Source: Tubulanus polymorphus
Lineage: Eukaryota > Animalia > Nemertea
Reading direction: 5' to 3'
Assembly: GCF_964204645.1 (NCBI RefSeq)
Contig: NC_134028.1
Coordinates: forward strand, 17,491,653 to 17,555,652
Length of the DNA: 64,000 bases
The notes under the pieces were generated by a model that made no database searches, had not been told where the DNA came from, and saw only the letters and a program-made list of their open reading frames with translations. Shown in pieces: positions 40,801 to 53,889 of the stretch. Positions within the stretch are counted from its first letter, which is position 1. Each line of letters opens with the position of its first letter. The translations under genes and the position numbers were made by a program.

Positions 40801-43111
40801 AAAGAAATAATTATGACAGAAGAAGATAAAGAAGAATTTGAGTTTGCCGATAAATTTTATTATTGTGAAAAGATATTTAATTATAAAGATAAAAAAGTAA
40901 GAGACCATGATCATTCGAATGGAAAGTTTAGAGGCGCAGCGCATGAGAATTGTAACTTACAAGCTAAGAAAATTAACATTGTTCCAGTAATATTTCATAA
41001 TTTATCAGGGTATGATGCTCATTTATTCATCAAACAGTTATGCCATAAAATAGAAGAAATCAATAATGAAATAGAAAGATTAAATTCAAATAGATCAAAA
41101 GATAAAATACCAACATATAAATTTAAAATGTTAGCAAAACATCTGAGGATTATATGTCATTCCAATTCTGGTGTCTAAGATTTATAGATTCAAATAGATT
41201 TTTAGGTAGTTCATTAGATAATTTATCAAAATCATTAGTTTATGATGAATTAAGAATATTAAAGCAACACTATCCAAATAATGATGATTTTCAATTAATG
41301 AGATATAAAGGCGCAATTCCATATAGTTTTTATAAATCACATAATGATTTCAATATAACTGAATTATTAAAAGAACACTTTTATGATGAATTAAAAAATG
41401 AATATGTTAAAATGAAGTCTATAATAGAACATTGAATATTTGGAATCATTTTGGAATGAAAAATCATGGACAATTAGTAGATTTATATTTAAAATCAGAT
41501 GTATTATTATTAACTGATATATTCGAATGGTTTAGAGATGTAAACCTAGAATATTTTAATATTGATCCTTGCCATTGTTATTCTAGCCCAGGTTTAACTT
41601 GGGATTGTGGTTTACAGATATATAAATTTACAGATATAAAATGGATTTGTTAACAAATATAGATCAATTACTATTATTTGAAAAATCTATAAGAGGAGGA
41701 GTTTCAGGTGTATTAGGTGATAGATATTTCAATGTAAATGATAACCCCGGATATAAGTTATTGTATATAGATGCAAATAATTTATATGGTTGGGCAATGA
41801 TGGAACCACAACCTTATGGAGTATTTGAATTAACTGAAGTTTTACAGAATGAAAATAATGATAAATTTGATTGGAAGAAAAGAATTCTAGATATTGCAGA
41901 TGATTCAGATACTGGTTACTTCTTTGTTGTAGATTTAGAATATCCTGAAGATAAAAAATTTAAATCTAGAAATCTAGCTTACTGTCCCGAACATAAAACT
42001 GTAACACATGAAGAATTATCAAATTATCAAAAAAGAATTAAACCCGAAAATCATATTCATACAGAAAAGTTAATGGTAACTCAAGAAGATAAATATAATT
42101 ATGTAGTACATTACAGAATGTTAAAGTTTTATCTAAAACAAGGAATGATTCTAAAAAAAAGTACATAGATATATTTCATTCAGTCAATCTAAGTGGTTAG
42201 AAAAATATATAGATTTTAACACCAAACAGAGAACTGAAGCTAAAACTGATTTCGAAAAAGATTTCTTCAAGTTAATGAATAATGCATTCTATTGTAAGAC
42301 TTGTGAAAATATTAGAAATAGAAATGATATTGAGTTAGTTAGTAATGGTAAAAGAATTAGACATTTACAATCATATCCTAAGTTCATTGGTAACAGAATA
42401 TTTGATGAAAATTTAGCTGCAGTTAAAATGAGAAGAACATCAATGAAATTTAATAAACCAATCTATTTTGGCGCTTCAGTTTTAGAATTATCAAAATTAC
42501 TAATGTATGAATTCTATTATAATGTATTACAACCACTTTTTGGAGAAAAGCATATAGAAATATTATATTTTGATACTGACAGTTACATATCAAAGATAAA
42601 AACTGATAACATAACTGATGATTTAAAAACATTAAAACATCATTTTGATTTCAGTAACTATCCTAAAAATCATGAATTGTTTAGCAATGATAATAAAAAA
42701 GTTCCCGGTAAATTCAAAGATGAATTAGGCGGTGAAGAAATGATTGAATTCATCGGTATTAGATCTAAAATGTATTCATATAAAACTAAAGAACATGAAG
42801 CTAAAAAGTTAAAAGGAATAACCAAAAGTGTAGTAGAAAAGAATATTCATTTCAAAGATTACATCAATTGTATATTCAATGAAGAAGTTAGAAAACATAA
42901 AATGAGATGTTTAAGATCTGAAGATCATGAAATGTTTATTGAAGAAATTGAAAAGTTAAGTCTAAACCCATTTGATGATAAAAGATATATTTTAGATGAT
43001 GGAATTCATACAGTTGCTTATGGTTGTAATTTAGATGAATACTTAAAATTTAAAAGAGAAGAAACAAAAGAGAACGAGATAATGAATTCTAACGTGTTAA
43101 TCAAATTTTAA
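37845..43111 (+). pseudogene. Protein-primed family B DNA polymerase (pPolB), frameshifted and interrupted by a MITE
   Basis: Zinc fingers, NEDNKCFLW, exonuclease YGDFES and FHNLSGYDAH, VRDHDH..FRGAAHENCNL, YIDANNLYG, KLMNNAFY.K, YFDTDS, GKFKDE, KGI. Confidence 0.93.
38409..39610. mobile_element. 1.2-kb MITE with 9-bp TSD (Mutator-like by TSD length) inside pPolB
   Basis: TIR GGCTGTTCGAATATCACGGATACCGGATAC and its inverse; CTAAAATTA duplicated at 38400-38408 and 39611-39619; the empty homologous site is at ~28310. Confidence 0.85.
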
Positions 43112-43129
43112 TAAAAATATGTATTATAA

Positions 43130-43483
43130 ATGGAGAGTAAACAAACACACAGTGAGAACAACAAATTATTTCTAGATAGAATAAAAGATACTACAAATGT
43201 AAAATCTGTAGATTATAAATTCAAAAAGTTAACAGAATTAACAATCCATAAGAAATATCTAATTACAGATATTGTTACAGTTACTAATAACTATGGAGAT
43301 AAATTAGTTATACACTTAGAATATGAAGGATTAAAAGGTAATACATATAAATTCAGAACATATTTACCGGATAGATTTCATAGATTATCAAGTGAAGATC
43401 TAGAAGAATTATGTTCTGGTGATTTCTATTTCGTATACAAAGGTAAGAATGAAAAAGGGCATCATGAAATAGATTTCGAATAA
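43130..43483 (+). CDS. Conserved 117-aa Polinton protein, copy 2
   Basis: Intact ORF, paralog of 27370-27723. Confidence 0.8.
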   Translation: MESKQTHSENNKLFLDRIKDTTNVKSVDYKFKKLTELTIHKKYLITDIVTVTNNYGDKLVIHLEYEGLKGNTYKFRTYLPDRFHRLSSEDLEELCSGDFYFVYKGKNEKGHHEIDFE

Positions 43484-43497
43484 AATGTGTAAAATAA

Positions 43498-43980
43498 ATG
43501 GTAGAATTAAAAGAATACAGAATATTTGTTGATTCTAGAAGACTTACAGATTATAAATCACATAATTTACTAGTACAATTAGATAGAGAATTTAAGAATT
43601 GTGTAAATTTAAAATTAGTTAATATAAGTTTATGTAATTCTTTTTACAATATATCGAATAAAACTATTGAACATAGAGCTTTTTTAATTTTTAATAAAAA
43701 TAAAAATGAATGGGCCTATATATATTTAAAACCGGGGTTATATAATTTAGATACATTGGCACAAGAAATTAATAGAAAAGCCTGGCACAAGTCAGGTAAT
43801 AATTCCGGGTTTAATAATAGATTTTTTTAAAAGTGTGAGTACTGACAAAATAAAGATAAGGTTGTCTAATAGTGAAAAACATGCATTTATGGTAAAAAAA
43901 CCTATAGCTAAACTGTTAGGAATTCTTCCAGATAAATCTTTTACAAATATTGATGCTACACCAAACTTAATACCTTTTAT
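43498..43980 (+). pseudogene. Probable minor capsid (penton-like) protein, frameshifted near 43825
   Basis: IFVDSR..VQLDREFKN..LKLVNISLCNSFYNI..LKPGLYNL..LAQEIN, and a later AKLLGI; the pattern resembles single jelly-roll pentons of Polinton-like viruses. Confidence 0.6.
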
Positions 43981-44001
43981 ATCTAATAAAGAAAATAATA
44001 A

Positions 44002-44220
44002 ATGATTAATAAAGAAAATTATAATATAGAAAAAGTAATTGATTTAATTAAATCACCTTTAGAATATTATGAATTAAATGAAGATGGAATTATTGATGAT
44101 ATCAAAAACATATTAACCAAAATATATGATAATCATAAAAGTAGTAATGAAATAAATGTTGAATTAATCATAAATAAGTTAACTAAATATTTTGATGATA
44201 GTAATTTTTTTGATAAATAA
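44002..44220 (+). CDS. 72-aa hypothetical Polinton protein
   Basis: ORF with a TAAATG start, tightly packed between neighbours. Confidence 0.5.
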   Translation: MINKENYNIEKVIDLIKSPLEYYELNEDGIIDDIKNILTKIYDNHKSSNEINVELIINKLTKYFDDSNFFDK

Positions 44221-44442
44221 ATGAGTGATAATAAGTGGATAATAACTGGATTATATAATGGCGCATTACTATCAGTTGGAACTGTTGGTTATTCAATGGT
44301 ATTAAAAAAGGTATTCAAAATGGGAAGTGTTAATGTTGATAGATTTGATATAAATGATATTTTAAAATTAACATTAGCAGTTACTTTATCTAATTTGACT
44401 ATTGATTATTTAGAAAAACAAAAATATATTCCTCCCATATAA
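44221..44442 (+). CDS. 73-aa hydrophobic Polinton protein (..GYSMVLKK..DYLEKQKYIP)
   Basis: Intact ORF with a TAAATG start and two hydrophobic segments; the next gene (ATG 44467, MASAIIT) is cut by the BEL LTR. Confidence 0.65.
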   Translation: MSDNKWIITGLYNGALLSVGTVGYSMVLKKVFKMGSVNVDRFDINDILKLTLAVTLSNLTIDYLEKQKYIPPI

Positions 44443-44489
44443 ATGCGTAATTATTTTACTAAATAAATGGCTTCTGCAATTATAACTAT

Positions 44490-44797
44490 TGTCGCGAATA
44501 TATCATTCGGCGTTTATGGTTGTATTTATGTTGTAGTTTTCATTCATGGTTGTTGTATCATATCAATCCATATAATTCATGTGATAATCCCTTTTCAGTA
44601 CTGTACAGGTTGTTTACTAGATTCTATCCAATAGTTGTACAGATTTGACACAATGTGATCTCAATATCATTTATATGAACGTATGGGCAGAATAAATCAG
44701 TGCTGTTATAGATCTTTCAACGATAAGGAAGTCTCGTCGTTCGTAGTCGTTTCTCTCGGACCTAGGGAATTCTTTGGAGTCCTCGATAGTATGGACA
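44490..44797 (+). repeat. 5' LTR of BEL/Pao element
   Basis: TG...CA, 308 bp, AATAAA inside; followed by PBS-like TGGTCCCTCGAGC at 44801, resembling a tRNA-Tyr 3'-end complement. Confidence 0.7.
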
Positions 44798-45000
44798 TTT
44801 TGGTCCCTCGAGCAGCGGGATTTGTTTTCGGTTGCAAACAAAGTATTATTGGTTGTTTTGCGGTGATTTCGACGACGATAATTCGACGAGAAACTTCAAC
44901 TCGACGGTGAAAACTCGAAACTCCAACAAACCGGTTGGGTGATATCTACTTGCGGTGCAGCATTAATCACGACGTCTGGAGTCCTGAAGTCAACTAAATC

Positions 45001-48000
45001 ATGGCCACCGAGGAGAAAGAGATGAGACGGATTCAGCGCGGACAGTTCACAAAACTAAGAATCCAGTGCGAGAACCACATCAAAGATAACCAGGCTGTTC
45101 AGGGTACGTGTGTTTTAGCTACTCTTAAAAAGAAATTATCTCAATTGGAGCAACTTGACCTTGAAATATATGCAAAGTGTGGTCTCGCGGGTTCAGCCTA
45201 CGAGAATTTAATCGTCCAGTCAGATGACATTATAAATAGTCATCATATGAAACTTACGGAGATGGAGCTCGCATTAAATGAACTATCAATTCAATCTCGA
45301 TTCGTTCCTTCCGAAACCGCTTCAGCATCATTTACTTCTACTAGCAGTTTATCGTTACCGAAACTTCAAATACCAAAATTTGATGGCGATATATTGCATT
45401 GGCAATCCTTTTGGGATTTGTTTATTTCGGCTGTGGACAAACAAACAAAACTAAGTGAAATCGAAAAATTTAATCACCTTAAATGTTTGTTGATTAAAGA
45501 TGCGTCGACAGTTATTGAAGGTCTTTCGTTGACATCAGAGAATTATAATTCCGCTAAGTCGATGCTTGTAGCTAGATTCGGTCGACCACATAGGATCAGT
45601 GAGGCCTACTTAGATGCGTTGATTAACCTCGAAGCGCCGTATTACGATTTACGTTCGGTTCGCACGTTTTATGAGACGATTGAGCAGAAGATACGGAGCC
45701 TTGAAGCTCTGGGTATCGAAACTAATTCTTACGGAACATTGTTAGTGCAAATAATTCGAAATAAACTTCCGAAAGAAATAATTTACAACATCAGCCGGGA
45801 TCACGGTAATGGTAAATGGAATCTCTTTGAGTTAAGAGCTGCTTTATTACGTGAAGTAGAAATCCTCGAAACCTGCCAAGATTCATCAGATTTGAATTCA
45901 AATTTCACTACTACTCTACAGGTACAAGCGAGGAAGTTAGAGTGTCTTTTCTGCAAAGGGGAACATCGGAACAACGACTGCACTGTCGTCAAACAGCCTG
46001 ATGCTAGATTAGGAGTTGTGTTTAAATCACGTTTGTGTTTTAACTGCCTGGGGAAGCACCGTTCTAATTGTTGTAGGTCTAGTTTTCGTTGTAGAATTTG
46101 CCAATGTCGACACCATACTAGTTTATGTGGTGCGTCCATGTTTCAGTACCGTCAGAGTCAGAATCAAAATAACACTGACAGAAGTAAAACAACTGTTTCT
46201 AACGATGCTTCTTCCAAGAGTGACAATGTCAACGATAATCCTTCCGCAATGCCTGTCAACGATTTTCCTGCGTTGAATTCCAAGGCTAATAAACCAAAAT
46301 TCAAACAACGCTCTCTTATGACAAACAGCGGCGGTGGGGCTAAAGTTCTGTTAAAAACAGCGGTAGCGCGGGTGTGCTCGTCGTACAATGGATCGATCCG
46401 CTCAAATTTATTGTTTGACGATGGCTCGCAACGATCTTTTATTACAAAAGAATTGGTTGAGAAATTATGTTTGAAGCCTCATAAGCAGGAATATTTAGAT
46501 TTGTCGGGTTTCGGTGCTGCCACTGGGTTTAACAAGACAGTAGATATAGTTAGGGTTGACGTGATATGCAACGATAACACTCAGGTCCAGATAGAAGCAG
46601 TCGTGGTAGCCTTTATTACGAGACCTATGTCTGTTCATGGAATTGATCAAATTGATGAGTTTAAATCTTTAGAGCTAGCTCATTCTCGTGAATTCTATTC
46701 AAATGCATTCAGCATTTCTATTTTGATAGGCGTTGATTTTTATTACCAGTTTGTACTAGGGAACGACTTCGTGGTTTCGTCAATTGGTCCTATAGCTGTG
46801 CCTACAAAGTTGGGTTACCTAGTTTCCGGTCCACAAGCGGCTTACTGTTTGCAGGTGAACGCAGATTCAGTGGATGAAATTGGGCAAAACTCTATTAAGA
46901 AATTCTGGGATCTAGATTTAATTGGGATTAGACCACCAGAAACTGATCCGTATTTGGACTGGTATTGTGATAATTGTATCTCTTTTGATAACGGTATATA
47001 TAATGCGCGATTACCATGGAAGTCTGAACACGGGCCTTTGCCTACCAATTACAATGTCGCTAAAGCGCGCACTAGGTCCACAGCCAGGAAGTTATCTAAA
47101 ACGCCAGGATTGTTAAAACAATACAATGATATCATAACCGAACAGTTATCACGCGATTTCATCGAGTTAGTTGATGATCCTGGAGTTTTAGTGTCTTCTG
47201 GTTGCGTTTCTAGGGAACATTACATTCCTCACCACGGCATTTTCAAACAATCTGCTACAACACCCTTGCGGATTGTGTTTGATTGTAGTTGCAGAGCGTC
47301 AAGGAATTCAAATTCTTTGAACGATTGTTTAGAGGCAGGAACACCTCTATTAAATGATATAACCAGTATACTATTGCGATTCCGACTATTCAAGTATGGT
47401 ATCATTACTGATATTGAGAAGGCATTTCTCCACGTCGGGCTTCATGTAGATGATAGGGATGTTACACGTTTTTTCTGGCTCCGCGACCCATTAGATCCTG
47501 AGGGTGAATTCAATATTTATAGGTTTAAGTGGGTACTTTTTGGAGCAACTTGTAGTCCGTTCATGCTTAACAGCACCCTATTCTATCATCTACGATGTAA
47601 TGATACTCCTCTCTCACAGCAGCTTCTACGCGATCTTTATGTAGATAATATCGTCACTAGCGTCGACAGCATTTCTGGTTGTGTTGATTTGTATTCAGCT
47701 TCTCGCACTCTTTTTGCAGGGGTGGGAACTTTAATCTACGCTGTTGGTCGTCGACTTGCTCAGATCTGCGTGAAGCTGCTGGGAGGGAGGCTGTTTTGGA
47801 ACGGTCAAACAGTGTCAAAGTTTTGGGTATAAAGTGGGATGTCAACCATGACAGTCTTACACTGCTTTATGACAACCTTTCCAGTGTAGTACCTATTACT
47901 AAACGTTTGATTCTCAGTAATATTTCCAGTGTCTATGATCCGTTCGGTTTTCTTACACCAATTACAGTTCAATCGAAAATTCTAATGCAAGACATTTGGA

Positions 48001-49003
48001 AACTTTCTGTGGATTGGGACGATAGTCTGTCCAGCGAACTTTGTAGTAGATGGAGTTCTGTAGTAAAAGATATGCGAGAAGCGTCTACATTTGAATTTCC
48101 GCGTCAAGTAATTGATTCTGCCATGTTTGTTTCCGGCCAACCAGAACTTCACGTATTTTGTGACAGTAGTTCACGGGCTTTCGGGGCAGTAACATATATC
48201 CGTTGCGTTGATCAATCCGCCTTTTTGATGTCCAAATCTCGTGTGGCACCTATTAAGAAATTATCAATTCCTCAATTAGAATTGTGCGCTGCAGTGATAG
48301 GAGCACGTCTTGTATCTCACGTTGCAAAGTCACTTGAACCTGCGTTATGTCGGCCATTGAATATTTTCGCCTGGTCCGATAGTCAGATTGTTTTAGGGTG
48401 GTTAGTAGGACGGTCGGGTAAAAAGGTATCCCAATTCGTAGAAAATCGAAGGTCAGAAATAAATCGTTTAATTGATATTGGTTGTTGGGGTTTTTGTCCA
48501 TCTGAAGAAAACCCTGCAGATCTTATTACACGTGGTGTGACTTGTGAAACACTTAATCAATGTAGCACCTTCTGGTTTAAGGGACCGTCATGGCTGGTCG
48601 ATGAAAACAATCGTCCTGTAGTAAGTAAGTGTGACGGAAATATCATGCACGTAAACACCAACCATGTCGAATCTAATGCTGTATCCTTTGATGTTTCAGA
48701 AGTTATTTCTGACTATGATGTTGGGAAGGTAGTAGATATAGAGACATACTCTTCCCTCACAGGACTTCTGCGGGTTACAGCATACGTATTACGGTTTGTA
48801 CATAACCTCAAAACAAAATCGAGTTCACGGCATTTTGATGAATTATCATCATGCGAGATAGACCGCGCAAAGATCCTGTGGGTTAAGAGCTGTCAGAATT
48901 TATATTGTAAAGATATAATTCGGGTGTTATCTGGTACGTCTAAGAAACAATTTTCGGTAGTGAATCAACTACAATTATATTTGGACAAGGATGGAATAAT
49001 CAG
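45001..49003 (+). mobile_element. BEL/Pao LTR retrotransposon gag-pol, one frameshift at ~47720-47800, truncated before integrase
   Basis: LPKLQIPKFDGD..W..FWD.F, three Cys/His knuckles, LFDDGSQRSFI, YIPHHGI..TTPLRIVFD, DIEKAF, LYVDN, LHVFCDSS, SIPQLEL, NPADLITRG. Confidence 0.95.
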
Positions 49004-49348
49004 GTGGCACAGTGGGTAAATCACTGGACTACAAATTTTTTTTTCGTTTGGTTTCGAATCCCAATATTGCAAGTCTGAGCGTCAACATACTCACATACGG
49101 CTAACCTGTAGAAATCACCGTACAGTCACGTACAGGTAACAACAGCGTTTTAAGTACCGGGTATTAAGTGAGTACGACAAGCCTACCATGCCTATGTACT
49201 ACAAACACAACTTTTTCCTTCTCGTCGGCCCTACAGTGATGTTACTATAACTGGTGCAATTATAACATGGATAGGATTTGGCCAGGACTAGCCTGAAGTC
49301 TAATTCAGTCTATGTACTAATTCACTCGATAGGCCTATTTTTAAAACA

Positions 49349-49511
49349 GGGATCATTCATTTATTATGTACGCATAAAATTTGATTATTTCAACCCCCTC
49401 TCCCTCTGTACGCAAAATCTGCCATTTTTTCATGTACATTAAGCATTACAGTACGTAATTGCCCTAACCCCTCCCCCTCCCCTAATGCGTACGTAATAAA
49501 TGAATGATCCC
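49349..49511. mobile_element. 163-bp Harbinger-type MITE
   Basis: TIR GGGATCATTCATTTATTA.GTACGCAT; 3-bp TSD ACA. Confidence 0.8.
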
Positions 49512-50941
49512 ACAATACAGTGAAGTATTCACACGCAGAAAGGCTAATTGATTTGAGCCATGTGATTAAATTTGGCCAGGCCTTCTCTGACCTGCTGACA
49601 TTAATAGTCAATGTGGTCACGGCTTGTATACCAGAAATCATTGTAGGCCTGTACATTTTGCTGTTCGTAGGTTTGGTATACCAATTTCTCCATTCTTGAC
49701 TGATCAGTGTACGGTACAGCTGTACGCATTATACAATTGTTCCAATGGGAATAGGGCCTATTGATTGGGCTTATTATTTCCTGCTTTAGAATACTGAAAT
49801 AAGCCCAACGTTCATTCAAATATCCAACATCGGTGAAAGTTTGATTACTGTATACATGTACTGTAGGTTTTCATGTTGTATGAATATTTTGCAGTTCAAA
49901 TGGGTATGATGCTGATTCCAATGTCGAATGCATGCAGTTAGATGGTTAAGGACAGTCAACACCAAGATATCTCTCTTCGACCGATGTTGCACCATAGAAG
50001 ATCTGATTCTTTCAACTCAAGGAAAGTGATTCAACACGATCGACATAACACTGGAATAGGTTTGCAGTAACTAACGGTTCATTTCATTTAGTCCTATGTA
50101 CTTTTTAGCCAATTTGGATTTGATTGTAATTGAAACTCTGGAACAAAAGACGAAAAAACACAAGTTATGCTTGATTCTAATGTTCAAATTTAATTCAAAT
50201 TCAAATTTATTTTATTACATCATATTTACAAAGCATATCATTGGTTCATACAGTAATAAAAATTAGGACAGAACAAATATTATTACAGAATTTCCAAAAA
50301 GGCAATGAATTTCTATAGCTAAATGAACATTATTTTTCTATTAACTCAGATCAAGAGTGACTTTCCCGTTTATTAGGAAACACACGCAACTAGTGGAATA
50401 GGTTTGATTTACACACATGTTGCAGGTATCAATTGTTTATCACTATAGAATTTGTAATCCATAAAAGCCAAAATCAACATCAGCCGGAAACCCAGACCAA
50501 ATCAATTCATAATTTATTGATTGAATCTACACTACTATATATGTATTTATTAAAATATTTCAATAAAAACATTAACTTCTTAAATCTATTCTAAATCATA
50601 ATACGTTCTTATCTGTGAATTCACTCAATCTATCAACTCAGCAGGTGCTTAAGATGAGTTCTTAATAGGACAGATCCATTTTTAAGCATGGTGATAATAC
50701 AGTATCATGATGTTTGAATGCCAAAATAAATGCCTGGTAAAATAAATTAATATTTGTTGATTGTACGTCCGCGTATGTTCGGTTTCAAAGCTGAATCATA
50801 TTTGACGTTAACACAGTGTTTGCACATTAGGTTCGAATCTGTCAATGCATTTTATTTTATGTATCGGTATTTCAATTTACTACAATTCCCATCATTCTGA
50901 ATGGCTTTGCAGAAAACCCGTCATCGCTGCTTGGCAGCTAT

Positions 50942-51804
50942 ATTTGTTATTAAATTTTGATTTATATATTACACCGGAGAATATAATAATTGTGATTAAC
51001 CCAATTGTAATATATAAGTAATTATGTCTTCCACTATTAGAAGAATCAGATGGATTATCATTCGGATCAATATCAGATAATTTCTGTGATTCATATATAT
51101 CAGTTAATTTCTTTTTCTTAGCTTTTTTAATTCTGCAGATCTTTTACCTAATTCCCTTGCCCATTTAATTTGTTTTTCAGATCTAGGCTTCTTCTTAATA
51201 TCATCACTCATTTATTTTAGTTAATTTTTGTTCTGATTCATTTTCTGTTTCACCGTGCGGGTGTCGTACGGCGCCATCTATTTCGTTCTTACCTGATTTA
51301 TATTCTATAGGCTTGATATTAGAAAATGTTATGACACCAGTAGAAATTAATGTCATAACCGATCCTAATTGGATTGAAGCGTATCCAACCCATTTTTGTA
51401 ATTCAGTCATAACAAAGTAGTCATTTTTTAAATCTTTATAATTTATTTTCATCATCAATTGGTATAATCCGTTTACATAACTTAGAGTAACATTTGAAAA
51501 TACCATCAGAAATAGAATCATTTATTCTAGCTAATCTTGACTCATCATAAATCTTAAAAATTACTTTATCTGGTTTCATGGCATCTAGTTCTTGATAAGT
51601 TACAATTTTTCCCAAGAATTCTTTAGATTTCCCTCCGGCAATTAGTAATTCAAGATGGTGCTTACAATATAAGTAGTATTCATAATCAATATTGTTATCA
51701 ACTTGAGCACAATTAGTTACAACTGCATCATTATTGCCAGTAATGCCCAAATCCTCAATTGTCTTTTCAATATCGGCATTATTTTTACTCGATTTCTTTG
51801 ACAT
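50942..51804 (-). pseudogene. Frameshifted 200-aa gene (51204-51804) and truncated 122-aa gene (from 51211)
   Basis: Clear homology to 59545-60508. Confidence 0.8.
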
Positions 51805-52120
51805 TTATATTAGAGAAAAAAGCGAAAAAAATATTATAAGTATTATAAAATGATACTAATAACTCTTTAGGTTAATACTAAATTGACTAGGTTAGTTAAA
51901 GTTTAAGAATTTTTATTCAAACCCATTCAAAATCTATTTAATCTAGTGTTAACAAGAATTGCAAAAGAAAATATTAAAAATATAATAGAAATAATGGATA
52001 GTTGAAGTTATTGTTTTTTTTAAATACTTTTTATTTGAATTCTATTCAATACCTCACTACTTTTGACTATCTATGCGGAGCAATTAAATTGTCCAGATAA
52101 GTCATTTCGGATTCTCGATA

Positions 52121-52762
52121 TTAAATCATATTCCATAATTGTATAAATCTTTCAGCTTTAATTATTTGATTATTATATAATTCATTATCAATTTTATCAC
52201 GTTTAATTCTATTTTCTATTTTCGATAAAGGTTGAATAATCGCCCAATTACATATTGTTTTTATTTCAGATTCATCTTCAATTGATGATAATGGGATAAC
52301 ATGATCTAACTCCCAATATTCTCCATGATTCTCAAATTTCATGTTATTATTGGACTGATATTCTATCCATGATTTAAAAAATTCTATAGAACATCCTAAA
52401 TAATCAATTGATCTATCAGATTTTATATAATTTTTGAAAACTCTGTTCAAACTAGTTCTGTTAGTATGCTTTAATTTGAATAATGGATCTGAATTATATT
52501 TTACTTTTTGGTAATTATTGATATGTTCGCGGTTATCTTTTTTCCAATCTCTCATGTATTCTGGGTTATTTTCTCGATATTGTGCATTATTTCGTTTCCA
52601 ACATGTTTTACAAATATTTCGTAAACCATCTTTGTAAATGTTTTGTTTATAATATTCAGAAGATTGTTTATCTAATTTACTCTTTGAACATATCTTATGA
52701 TAAATATTTATAACACCAGCGTTATTTGTAATATTAATAATTTGTCGCTGTTTACTTGCCAT
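52121..52762 (-). CDS. Endonuclease-VII/HNH-like protein (HNH-2), 213 aa, open frame
   Basis: N-terminal Cys cluster KICSK..KDGLRNICKTC; LGCSIEFFKSWIEYQ..HGEYWELDHVIP..NW..IQPL..EN..K, a beta-beta-alpha-metal pattern seen in large DNA viruses. Confidence 0.75.
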   Translation of the reverse strand: MASKQRQIINITNNAGVINIYHKICSKSKLDKQSSEYYKQNIYKDGLRNICKTCWKRNNAQYRENNPEYMRDWKKDNREHINNYQKVKYNSDPLFKLKHTNRTSLNRVFKNYIKSDRSIDYLGCSIEFFKSWIEYQSNNNMKFENHGEYWELDHVIPLSSIEDESEIKTICNWAIIQPLSKIENRIKRDKIDNELYNNQIIKAERFIQLWNMI

Positions 52763-52914
52763 TTATAATATATGAATTTTTTTATTCTATTTGAAATCTA
52801 TTTGATAATTTCCGTCTGTTCATCTTCGACTAACGTCATCCTTTTTCATTCGTCGCTGCTTTTGATAAGTCATTTCGGTTCCTTGATATCAAAATCATAC
52901 CAGTTACAATATCC

Positions 52915-53107
52915 ATGCCGCATGCGCACTGAGCAAAACCGGGCATACAGGCCGGTTTTTGCTTAATACGCATGCGCTAATCATAATTATATATTTATTC
53001 TGTAAAATTGAAACAACCGAACAAAGAACATTCAAACGCATGCGCACTGAGCAAAACCGGGCATACAGGCCCGTTTTTGCTTAATACGCATGCGCTAATC
53101 ATAATTG
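52915..53107. repeat. Two ~120-bp palindromic repeat units
   Basis: CGCATGCGCACTGAGCAAAACCGGGCATACAGGCC.GTTTTTGCTTAATACGCATGCGCTAATCATAATT occurs twice; it is the inverse of the 57218-57620 array. Confidence 0.85.
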
Positions 53108-53889
53108 AAACGACCGAACATAGAATATTCACCAAGCTGCGCCTACAGATTTACACAATAAATATACAAGTATGTTCGGTCGTTTCATCCAATACATCAT
53201 TTGATTTCTATATATAATATTTATATTTAAAAACATTTTTTCAATTGCCGGTAAATATTTAACTACATCAACAAATGTTAAACTTAATCATTAGAATTTT
53301 TGGAGTAGTATAAATGTTTTTGAAATTCTTATATAGTTTCTTCATCGATGTCTTGTGTTTCTTATGCTTCTACGCCAATTTCTATTGGTTCGATATCCAT
53401 TGCTGTCGATTCCAAAGAAAGTGTATCTTGAGTTTCTCTATCGCTTCTTGATGCGTGTGACATTTTATTAATCTGAACGATATTAGTGGTAACTCTAATT
53501 ATCTAAAAGATATACTAAATACACTTAAATATATTTAAAGGTTTCATATTTAGTAGCCCCCCCCCTTTCCCTACTTCATAATATATGTACTTACATTTAG
53601 ATTTAGAACTGTAAACTGTAAACTGTAAACTCCTAATTGCGTTTCGAGATAGAATATCCTATGAGTTCTGTATACACCATCTATTCAGTTCGGGCGCGCC
53701 TTCCAGAATGATCTTATGAGTCTGCGGTTTATTATGACTCAACATGTCTTGCGTCATGGAAACGCTTGACAGCTGTGAATTTATAGGCTTAATGAAATTA
53801 ATTCTTTACAATTGAAATGTAACAGATGTTTTAGTAAGCAAAAGCTATGTATGATATACATACAAGGCTCAAATAGAGTTGCCGGTTTT

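Larger units (their letters stand above)
37727..44489 (+). mobile_element. Polinton-like fragment 3: terminus remnant, full pPolB and downstream genes
   Basis: Shared terminal/leader motif followed by pPolB, the 117-aa gene, a penton-like gene and small genes; ends at the BEL LTR. Confidence 0.9.

Noticed and set aside
49008-49045. CACAGTG RSS/Transib-like end where the BEL element is truncated
   Set aside because: No matching opposite end, TSD or transposase was found.
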